Part shown: piece by piece, positions 30,601 to 40,700 of the stretch
How the letters are laid out: every line of letters begins with the position of its first letter
Position numbering within the stretch: position 1 is the stretch's first letter
DNA from: Auanema rhodensis
Lineage: Eukaryota > Animalia > Nematoda
Reading direction: 5' to 3'
Assembly (NCBI GenBank): GCA_964057225.1
Contig: OZ059900.1
Coordinates: forward strand, 26,536,001-26,600,000
DNA: 64,000 nucleotides
The notes under the pieces: generated by a model
Told to the model about the DNA's origin: nothing
What the model saw: the letters and a program-made list of their open reading frames with translations, nothing else
The model's database searches: none
Position numbers and translations under genes: made by a program

Positions 30601-33200
30601 GAAATGTAGCACATTATTCTAGGACCAAAAATGAAAATTTTAGAATATTTAATTTTTCATAAAAATCGAACGAAACAGCAAATTGAGCCCGCCGCAAAAC
30701 ATGATAAATGTGTTTCTGTGCTAACGAATTTTGTTTCATTGTTTTAATTGGCTAATTCTGAGTTGAATGAAATGTAGCACATTATTCTAGGACCAAAAAT
30801 GAAAATTTTAGAATATTCAATTTTTCATAAAAATCGAACGAAATAGCAAGTTGAGCCCGCCGCAAAACATGATAAATGTGTTTCTGTGCTAACGAATTTT
30901 GTTTCATTGTTTTAATTGGCTAATTCTGAGTTGAATGAAATGTAGCACATTATTCTAGGACCAAAAATGAAAATTTTAGAATATTTAATTTTTCATAAAA
31001 ATCAAACGAAACAGCAAATTGAGCCCGCCGCAAAACATGATAAATGTGTTTCTGTGTTAACGAATTTTGTTTCATTGTTCTAATTGGCTAATTCTGAGTT
31101 GAATGAAATGTAGCACATTATTCTAGGACTAAAAATGAAAATTTTAGAATATTTAATTTTTCATAAAAATCGAACGAAACAGCAAATTGAGCCCGCCGCA
31201 AAACATGATAAATGTGTTTCTGTGCTAACGAATTTTGTTTCATTGTTTTAATTGGCTAATTCTGAGTTGAATGAAATGTAGCACATTATTCTAGGACTAA
31301 AAATGAAAATTTTAGAATATTTAATTTTTCATAAAAATCGAACGAAGCAGCAAGTTGAGCCCGCCGCAAAACATGATAAATGTGTTTCTGTGCTAACGAA
31401 TTTTGTTTCAATTGTTTTAATTGACTAATTCTGAGTTGAATGAAATGTAGCACATTATTCTAGGACCAAAAATGAAAATTTTAGAATATTCAATTTTTCA
31501 TAAAAATCGAACGAAATAGCAAGTTGAGCCCGCCGCAAAACATGATAAATGTGTTTCTGTGCTAACGAATTTTGTTTCATTGTTTTAATTGGCTAATTCT
31601 GAGTTGAATGAAATGTAGCACATTATTCTAGGACCAAAAATGAAAATTTTAGAATATTCAATTTTTCATAAAAATCGAACGAAATAGCAAGTTGAGCCCG
31701 CCGCAAAACATGATAAATGTGTTTCTGTGCTAACGAATTTTGTTTCAATTGTTTTAATTGACTAATTCTGAGTTGAATGAAATGTAGCACATTATTCTAG
31801 GACCAAAAATGAAAATTTTAGAATATTTAATTTTTCATAAAAATCGAACGAAATAGCAAGTTGAGCCCGCCGCAAAACATGATAAATGTGTTTCTGTGCT
31901 AACGAATTTTGTTTCATTGTTTTAATTGGCTAATTCTGAGTTGAATGAAATGTAGCACATTATTCTAGGACCAAAAATGAAAATTTTAGAATATTCAATT
32001 TTTCATAAAAATCGAACGAAATAGCAAGTTGAGCCCGCCGCAAAACATGATAAATGTGTTTCTGTGCTAACGAATTTTGTTTCATTGTTTTAATTGGCTA
32101 ATTCTGAGTTGAATGAAATGTAGCACATTATTCTAGGACCAAAAATGAAAATTTTAGAATATTTAATTTTTCATAAAAATCGAACGAAACAGCAAATTGA
32201 GCCCGCCGCAAAACATGATAAATGTGTTTCTGTGCTAACGAATTTTGTTTCATTGTTTTAATTGGCTAATTCTGAGTTGAATGAAATGTAGCACATTATT
32301 CTAGGACCAAAAATGAAAATTTTAGAATATTCAATTTTTCATAAAAATCGAACGAAATAGCAAATTGAGCCCGCCGCAAAACATGATAAATGTGTTTCTG
32401 TGTTAACGAATTTTGTTTCATTGTTCTAATTGGCTAATTCTGAGTTGAATGAAATGTAGCACATTATTCTAGGACTAAAAATGAAAATTTTAGAATATTT
32501 AATTTTTCATAAAAATCGAACGAAACAGCAAATTGAGCCCGCCGCAAAACATGATAAATGTGTTTCTGTGCTAACGAATTTTGTTTCATTGTTTTAATTG
32601 GCTAATTCTGAGTTGAATGAAATGTAGCACATTATTCTAGGACTAAAAATGAAAATTTTAGAATATTTAATTTTTCATAAAAATCGAACGAAGCAGCAAG
32701 TTGAGCCCGCCGCAAAACATGATAAATGTGTTTCTGTGCTAACGAATTTTGTTTCAATTGTTTTAATTGACTAATTCTGAGTTGAATGAAATGTAGCACA
32801 TTATTCTAGGACCAAAAATGAAAATTTTAGAATATTCAATTTTTCATAAAAATCGAACGAAATAGCAAGTTGAGCCCGCCGCAAAACATGATAAATGTGT
32901 TTCTGTGCTAACGAATTTTGTTTCATTGTTTTAATTGGCTAATTCTGAGTTGAATGAAATGTAGCACATTATTCTAGGACCAAAAATGAAAATTTTAGAA
33001 TATTCAATTTTTCATAAAAATCGAACGAAATAGCAAGTTGAGCCCGCCGCAAAACATGATAAATGTGTTTCTGTGCTAACGAATTTTGTTTCATTGTTTT
33101 AATTGGCTAATTCTGAGTTGAATGAAATGTAGCACATTATTCTAGGACCAAAAATGAAAATTTTAGAATATTCAATTTTTCTTAAAAATCGAACGAAATA
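3602..33200 (+). repeat. 168-bp tandem satellite array, about 176 monomers, with local higher-order repeats
   Basis: The motif aaaatcgaacgaaa recurs every 168 bp (e.g. 3781, 3949). Monomers differ at only a few positions. Confidence 0.99.
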
Positions 33201-33431
33201 CAAAACAAAAACAAACAATGGAACAAAATTTAAAACAATGGAACAAAATTCGTTAGCACAGAAACACATTTATCATGTTTTGCGGTGTAGAACCATAATT
33301 AAATTGCATAGGACGACCAAATTCATCTAAAATTTCAATACGTATGGTATCGAGTGTTTGTCTAGTGATTGGTACATAACGAATAGGATTAAATGTTTTG
33401 GCAATCATTTTACCAAATTCAGTAGGAGGTG

Positions 33432-33622
33432 AGTAGAGAGCCGTGCAAAATTTACTAACCACGCCCCCAAACAGCTGTCAAAAACATACTTTTGGGGGCG
33501 TCAGCTGCTAAAAACATACTTTTGGGGCGCGTCAGCTGTCAAAAACATATTTTTGAGCGTCAGCTGTTAAAATCATATTTTGGGATCATGGTTCATGGAT
33601 TTTCCTTTTTTAAATATAAAAG
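33432..33622 (+). repeat. Polinton TIR tip (truncated copy)
   Basis: Starts AGTAGAGAG, a Polinton-type AG/AGT terminus, and contains ~30-bp CAGCTG subrepeats. The same sequence ends at 47358, 51863 and 52704 in opposite orientation. Confidence 0.8.
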
Positions 33623-33623
33623 A

Positions 33624-34088
33624 ATGGAACTTTTATGTAACAAATATTGTGGTACATGCAAGGAAATATTTTCTTCAACCAAGCATTTTAGTGATCACGT
33701 TTTGAAAAGACATGCAGGGATTCAACCCGTATGTAACAATTATATCAGCAATGCTGACTTTATTCAAAAATATGGACATTTGGATGGTGTTCGTAGACGT
33801 TTGTGCCCTCATTGTAGTGAAACTTTTGGAACAAGATTCAATTGTGAGCGTCATATTCGGCGTATTCATAATAATAATGGAACGAATGGTGAAGATGGTG
33901 ATGGAAATGATACCAGCAAACCCTTCGAAAAAGCTGAGGAGTTTGTACATTCAACCCAATCAAAAAGATGCCGCAGCAATAGTGACGGAGAACATTCACA
34001 ACACGAGCCGAGCGACAAACAAATTTGCCCTAAACTATCTTTTAAACCTTCGAAAATAAAAATGTGGTATTGTATAACTGTTGAATAA
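33624..34088 (+). CDS. C2H2 zinc-finger protein (154 aa), Polinton accessory gene, copy 1
   Basis: Two fingers: CGTC-x12-HVLKRH and CPHC-x12-HIRRIH. First true ATG is at 33624. Confidence 0.8.
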   Translation: MELLCNKYCGTCKEIFSSTKHFSDHVLKRHAGIQPVCNNYISNADFIQKYGHLDGVRRRLCPHCSETFGTRFNCERHIRRIHNNNGTNGEDGDGNDTSKPFEKAEEFVHSTQSKRCRSNSDGEHSQHEPSDKQICPKLSFKPSKIKMWYCITVE

Positions 34089-34093
34089 AACGT

Positions 34094-34945
34094 TTATATC
34101 ATATTTTTAACATGCAATGTAACAACTGTAGAACCATAATTAAATTGCATAGGACGACCAAATTCATCTAAAATTTCAATACGTATGGTATCGAGTGTTT
34201 GTCTAGTGATTGGTACATAACGAATAGGATTAAATGTTTTGGCAATCATTTTACCAAATTCAGTAGGAGGTGGCACAGGTAAACATGCAAGTAAATTAGC
34301 TTTCACGTTACCAAGAATGGAATATTCTACAATATCACAATATATATACATTGTATTAATGTTATTTGAAAAATCAATGGGACGCCTGGCTGTTATTGTA
34401 TCGTTGATGTTTTTATTCTCAAAACCAAGAAAATATGCAAAATCATCACCAAGTGTTGCATTCATTAATAGTCGCTTGCTTGTTACAAACTCTATGCGCT
34501 GCAATGTTTTGTTAAACTGAAATGTGGCGTCTGCGAGCATTTCCTCCACTAGCTTAGCCTGGCGATTATTATACCATTTTTTTACATCTTCATCTTTATC
34601 TATTAAACTTTTTATACGTGCTTCTTCCTCAGCTCCAAGAGGCTTTGTATTGTTGGCGATAAATGATTCTCTTCCAGCATTGATTCCGCGTATTATTTCA
34701 TCACCATTTGCATAGTTGCCTTTAGGCAAGTGCAGAATAAACTTTCTATTGGAAAAACGTAGTGTATAAGATAAATCTTTTTGAACATTTAATATAGAAC
34801 AAGGAAAAATGATGTCTGTCAGCCCAATGCAATACCTATTATTGCGTAGCCTTAGTGTTTCAGGTAATCTGGTAAGAAACACTGATGATGTATTACTTTT
34901 TTCAGAGTCAACTGATGATGGAAGAGTAATGTAAAAATCATCCAT
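34094..34945 (-). CDS. Polinton minor capsid protein (penton, single jelly-roll)
   Basis: N-terminal FYITLPS..N..S.F.T.LP and C-terminal MYIYCDIVE..LGN..LL / F.P..YVP / I.IEI.D..G..F..G..LH motifs typical of Polinton minor capsid. Intact 283 aa. Confidence 0.85.
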   Translation of the reverse strand: MDDFYITLPSSVDSEKSNTSSVFLTRLPETLRLRNNRYCIGLTDIIFPCSILNVQKDLSYTLRFSNRKFILHLPKGNYANGDEIIRGINAGRESFIANNTKPLGAEEEARIKSLIDKDEDVKKWYNNRQAKLVEEMLADATFQFNKTLQRIEFVTSKRLLMNATLGDDFAYFLGFENKNINDTITARRPIDFSNNINTMYIYCDIVEYSILGNVKANLLACLPVPPPTEFGKMIAKTFNPIRYVPITRQTLDTIRIEILDEFGRPMQFNYGSTVVTLHVKNMI

Positions 34946-35024
34946 GACAAACCACCACTTGATACGTGTACACTATTGCAAATGAAATCATTTGCATTTT
35001 AGGTACATTTACGAGTGGTTGATT

Positions 35025-35663
35025 ATGGTTTTCAGCTTCAAACTACCCAGTCAGACAACTGTGATAGGTGCTACCCAATGCGGTAAAACAACCCTCATAA
35101 AGCACATATGTGAAAATACTGAAAAGTTTTTCAACGTCCCCATTGATAGAATATTCTGGTTCAGTCAATGTGGGTCATCGTCAGGTGTACCAATAAATGA
35201 TGAGCGTTTAATAATTATTCAAGGGCCTCCTGATCCTGATTTGATAAAAGAACAAAAGGGAGTAAATACTATACTAGTGCTGGATGATTTGATGAACTTT
35301 TTTTCATCGAATAAAGCAGCAAAGGAATTACTCAACAACATTTTTACAGTATGGGCTCATGACTGGAATTTGGCAGTGTTTAATCTTGTGCAAGCGGCAT
35401 TTCAACTGGACAGGACCAGTCGAATCAATAGTACATATATAATACTGATGAAAAGTCATTCAGATATATTACAAATACGTAATTGTCTGCAGCAATTATT
35501 TGGGCCACGTTTCAAAAATGCTCTAGAGGCGTATGATGATGCAATCTCTACTCCCTATAGTCATTTACTGATTGACAATCATCCTTTAACGAGTGAGAAG
35601 CAGCGTATACTATCTGATATAACAGCGGAGAACCCTATTGTTTATGTTGCCAAAAATGTGTAA
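35025..35663 (+). CDS. A32/FtsK-like genome packaging ATPase
   Basis: Walker A GATQCGKT, Walker B ILVLDD, then LVQ, SRINSTY and PYSHLLID motifs. ATG at 35025. Confidence 0.92.
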   Translation: MVFSFKLPSQTTVIGATQCGKTTLIKHICENTEKFFNVPIDRIFWFSQCGSSSGVPINDERLIIIQGPPDPDLIKEQKGVNTILVLDDLMNFFSSNKAAKELLNNIFTVWAHDWNLAVFNLVQAAFQLDRTSRINSTYIILMKSHSDILQIRNCLQQLFGPRFKNALEAYDDAISTPYSHLLIDNHPLTSEKQRILSDITAENPIVYVAKNV

Positions 35664-35774
35664 AACGAAAAAAACGCAAGAGCTGGAAAAAAAAATGTTA
35701 CGGCTGAGAATATAAAAATGCCACATAACAAAACAAGAATAAAACGCCAATTGTACTATTTGTGCTTGTTGTAG

Positions 35775-36455
35775 TCAAAATGAAGGATCAAAGCGGATAA
35801 ACATGTTCAGGTTGAGTGCTTCAGGAATTAGTTTAAAGTAGAATACATTCTGCTTATAACCAAAAGTCTTTACAGTAGCCTCATCTGCATATATAACAAT
35901 ATAGCCCATATTGTTCAACAATTGCTTGCACGTCATGGTGTTATAAGAGCGCATCTAAAAAATTATAAAATTGAAAATAAATAAATATGCAAGCTTACAT
36001 TAATAGAAAAGTTTTCGGGCTTATAGTGACGAAACTCCTTCAAAAGACCCAACGCATCATTCCTTCCTCTACACTTTATACAGAGGCTGAAACAGTGATA
36101 CTCGTCTATAACCTGCAATGATTCCCTACAAGTTTTGCAGAGACAAATTGGTCTCATTAATACACTCCTTGGTGGAGTGCTCTCTCTCAGAATCTCCATC
36201 TGCTTTATTGGTGAATCTAAATTAAAGATTTAAAAAAAACAAGTTAAGGTTCATACCAAAACTTGTGAAATTTGGTGCTGGTGTGGGTGGTCGTAGTACT
36301 TCAGGTTCCGCACAACAAGTACAGCACGCTTCATTTCCGCTAAAGATCCAACTTTCTAAAATATAAGGCAAACTTGCAGAGAGGAGCAGTCTATGGCGAT
36401 TGGCAAAGAGTGGCAGAAGATGGTGAAACGTCGGATCCTCGGATAGTTGGCAGAG
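35775..36455 (-). CDS. Spliced Cys-rich protein of unknown function (at least 3 exons: 36455-36257, 36216-35999, 35954-35775; 5' end unresolved)
   Basis: GT-AG introns of 40 and 44 nt with matching phases join three open frames. TTTCAG acceptor at 36456. Motifs CCTCC, CLCKTC and HC..LC..C. Confidence 0.7.
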
Positions 36456-37251
36456 CTGAAATGTAAATGTAGTAAAATTGCCAACCTTTTATACAAAGAT
36501 TTTTGTAAAGTACAACCCATTGTGTTACAATCAAGTTTGCTGATGAAATTCTTTTATTAATTAGATTTTACAGCATATTTATGCAGATATACTCATCTCA
36601 TCGACAGTTGCCAGCAGTTGGCGCACTCTGAACCTGTAAACAATCTGCATATTAATTAGTTTTTACATCTCTTTAAACATTATTGTTTACCGTTTGTGCC
36701 ATAAACAACAGCCATCTCTGTAAAACATTTACGCTTTTTAAACTTTGCTTAATAGCTCATATATTAATCATAGTATACTTTTAAACCCATATTGTACCAC
36801 AAAACATATGACTGCCAACGTTTTATATGTAAAAAATATTTCATTCTTGAATATTTACTAATGATTATATTACGAAACTAAAACTTTTGAAATGTTAAAA
36901 TGATTATACTATATTTAAACCCCTACAGTGCAGTTATTAGTGTTTATTAACCCTCGATATGCGTGGCGTTGAGGTCAGCGCAACTGTTTGTTAATCTTGT
37001 TGTATTTACCTTCAATGTGTGCTCTATTTAGTTATTGTATTGTTATATTAGTAAAATAAAGTTTAAAACTAGTCTTTTCTTTTAATTTGAAACTTTTACT
37101 TGTTAGAATAAATATAATTAATAACAATTTGTAATTTCAAAAATTAATAATTTAATGTCGTTCTTATCGAATTAACTTTCGATATGTGTTCCATTAAATT
37201 TTGGTATTTCATATCGTTCTTATCGAATTAACTTTCGATATGTGTTCCATT

Positions 37252-37650
37252 TGTAATATCCTTAAGTTGGATATTAATATTCCATGATTGACCCTTAGAT
37301 TGATGTGTTGTAAAAGAAACAATAAGATTTGAGGAAGAGAGAAAGATTTATTATAAATAAAAAACATTTAAACAATAAACAAATAAAGATAAAGATAAGT
37401 CCGCCAACTGAAGATTCAGTTGAATGGCAAGCTTATATAGCGAATGTTATCAGCATTTTCCACGAAAGGTTATAAGTTGTCAATGACAATTATAACTATC
37501 TCGGAAAATGCTGAAGCTGCAAAATATAACTGATAACATAATACACTAAGACAAGAAACTAGAATTATAAAATATAAAATATAAAACACAGAATAAAGAA
37601 ATACATAAAAATTATAGAAAGAATAAAGTACATAATTATAAAGTATAACA
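37252..37650 (-). repeat. 3' LTR of copy 2
   Basis: TGT...ACA termini. On the minus strand TATATAA (~37433-37439) precedes AATAAA (~37347-37352). Confidence 0.97.
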
Positions 37651-37707
37651 TGCTACCGCTCTTGAAGTCCTGTGTCCTCACAGGTATGCATAAGGTTTCC
37701 AAAATTT

Positions 37708-40700
37708 TCATAATGTTGCAGCAAGCTTTTTGATGAGATCCTTATGTACTTTTCTCATCTTTCCTTGACTCATTTCCAATTCCACATATGAGTTGTATAC
37801 GCCTGTAATTTTGAACGGTCCATTATAAGTGGGTCGCAATTTGCCGTGAACCGTCATATCCTTCAATAGTACCATTTCACCTATTTCAAATATACGTGAT
37901 GCTATTCGGTTACTATTATTCAGCCGATTTTGTTGTTCAATTGATTTTAATTGAATTTTTTCTTGAATAGAATCCCAGGTATTTTTCCGGTTCTCATTTC
38001 TTTCCAATAATTCGTCATCTTCAGGAGAATTTAGATGAGGTTGTCCTGGTAATTGACGGTCCATAGGTAGGCGTGCGTCTCTTCCAAATAAAGCAATGTA
38101 TGGGCTGATTCCGGTAGTTGTACTTGGGATTGTATTTAACGCGAATGTGATTTTAGGTAATTGTGAGGCCCATTGAGAGACACGGTTTTCAGCACAAGTG
38201 GATAAACATTCCTGGATGGTTCGATGTAGTCGTTCCACTTGACCGTTTGTATTTTTGTGATATGGCAGAGAGAAGGTTTGTACAATTCCAAATTCGTTGC
38301 ACATTAACTTGAATTCTTTAGATATAAAATTTCCTCCATTGTCAGACACGATGCTCACTGGTGGTCCAAAAATGAAGACGAAATTCGTCAGGAACTTTCG
38401 GACTGTTTCTTCGGCATTCTGTGTGCGTAAAGGTATGCTCGTTATCCATTTCGAAAAAGCATCTTGAATAGAAAGAATATATTTAAATCCATTAGTGCTA
38501 GGGGAAAAAGGTCCTGTCACATCCATATGAATCCTATCAAATGGTTTTTGTGGGGTAACAAACTTTCCATATGGTTCTCTCGTTGTATCATGTTGATTTA
38601 TTTTCCTTTTTGCGCATGTCAGGCATTGGCTGACGATCTCTTTCGCATCTTCCATCATATTTGTCCAATGGAATCTTCTTGATAATGCTGCATGTGTTCT
38701 TTTGATTCCTTGATGCGCTCCAATTCTTGCGTCTTCATGAAAAAGTTTCGCAAGTACTTGATTCAATGTCTTTTGTTTTGGAATCATAATCCTTGGAGAA
38801 AGATATTGTTTGTTAGGTCGAGCATGTAAAACTCCGTCGATAACAATATATCTATCGCTATTAATCTGTTTAGGTTGTTCCGTTAACATATCAGCAATAG
38901 TTTCCTTAATCCATGGTGTTCCTTGTTGTAACTGAATTAGTTTGTCGGTATCCAGAGTTTCCACATTGGTTACATTTATGAGATAGTTGATGGTTTCTTG
39001 GATATCCGTTAAACTTGTTGTTGGCGTTGTCTTCTGTAGCTTCGGTTTAGGACCATCGTTAGCTTCGTTGCCTATGTATCTGGATAGTGCATCACATACA
39101 CTATTCATACGTCCTGGACGGTACATAATCACAATATCATATTCCTGGATCATTAACTGATATTTCGCTAGTCTTCCAATAAGATCTCTTCTACTCATTA
39201 GACTGGTTAGTGGTCGATGATCCGTTATTAGCTTAGTTGACGTGCCTAAAACATATGTGCGAAATTGTTGTAATGCGTAGACGAGTGCCAAAGCTTCTAA
39301 TTCGATAGGTGGGTATTTTCTTTCTGTAGGTGAGAGCTTCCTACTTGCGAACGCAACAGGGTGTAATCCATTTCCTGTATCTTGTAGTAAGACTGCTCCA
39401 ATTGCAATAGTACTAGCGTCACTTTCAATAACAAAAGGTGCTCCATTTGTTGGTGGCTTCAGAACTGGTGCTGTGCATAGAGCTTTCTTGAGAGTCTCGA
39501 ATGCTTTTTCACGTTCTTCCGTCCATTCGAAATCTTGATCCTTGTGTGTGAGTTGATACAACGGTTCGGCTATTTTGGCGTAGTCTCTGATGAATCGCCG
39601 AAAATAATTTGTCATTCCAAGGAATGAACGAATAGCGGTGACCGTTTTAGGAGTTGGAAATTTCATAACGGCTGTAATTTTTGATGGATCAGGTTGTATT
39701 CCATCACGACCAATTATAAATCCAAGAAATTTAACTTGTGTAGCTGCAAATTTGCATTTACTTAGTTTTGCTTTCATTCCTAATCCTTGTAAAGCTTGTA
39801 ACACTTCTTCTATATCCTCCAGATGTTGTTCAGCTGTGTTTGATATAATGAGTAGATCATCCAGATAAACAAAAAGTCGACATTTTACTTGATTTTGCAA
39901 ATAGCGAACAGCTGATTGAAATGTATGTGGAGCTCCACAGAGACCCATCGGCATTCTGCAATATTGATAAACTCCTGATGAGGTCACAAATGCAGTGAGG
40001 TGACGGTCTTCTTCACGTAAAGGAATTTGAAAAAATCCCGATACGAGATCGATGTTTGTGAAGTATCGAGCTCCTGCAGTGCTGTCGATTATTTCTGGTA
40101 TATGCGGAATAGAATAAGTCTGTTTCTGTGTGACACTATTGAGTGCACGGAAGTCCGTTACAAAGCGGAATGAGTTGTCTTTCTTCTTGACTAAGACGAC
40201 TGGACTTGTAAAACTTGATGTTGATGTTTCTATTACTCCTTGGTCTAGCATTTCTTTTACTTGACGTTCAACTTCATCCTGTTTACCCAAAGGAACTCGA
40301 TATGATCGAGATTTGGGCAGGTCCATATCGGTTCTCAAAGTGATTGAATGTTCTATTGGTCCTTTGAATAATCCAATGTTCCGATCTTCGTTAAAAAAAG
40401 CATTTTTGAATCTTCTCAACATAGTTTTGAGATTTTGACGTTGATTTTTAGATAGATCCGTTGATTCGAATTTTAAGTTATCGAAAGGATTCTTCTCAAA
40501 AATAGGCAATTTATCTGACCAATCAGCTTCTGGTGGAATATAGTCCGGTATATGTGGGATTCCAATTTCTTCTGCTATTTTTCCTTTTCCAATAATGGTG
40601 TTTCCTGTTAACTTCACCTCATAATTTGCTGTATTGATGGCGAATATTGTGAGTGGTGAAGTCTTGATAGCAGTAGGTGTGAATTGAATAGGTCCATTTC

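Larger units (their letters stand above)
33231..34272. repeat. Left arm of a ~1.04-kb inverted repeat bounding the Polinton block (partner 51864-52905)
   Basis: Order is inverted satellite piece, penton tail, TIR tip, ZnF gene, penton tail. It is the reverse complement of 51864-52905 with a handful of SNPs. Confidence 0.92.

Noticed and set aside
3602-33200. CRISPR array
   Set aside because: Whole 168-bp units repeat with no unique spacers, there are no cas genes, and the context is eukaryotic.
33253-33462. 69-aa MVSKFCTALYSPP... ORFs (four copies)
   Set aside because: Chimeras of TIR and penton tail with a GTG start; not independent genes.
33492-33623. N-terminal extension MGASAAKN... of the ZnF ORF
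   Set aside because: TTG start inside TIR repeats, and absent from the native copy at 48007.
37651-37665. Canonical polypurine tract
   Set aside because: The minus strand reads AAGAGCGGTAGCA, purine-rich but interrupted. The position fits, but it is too weak to call.
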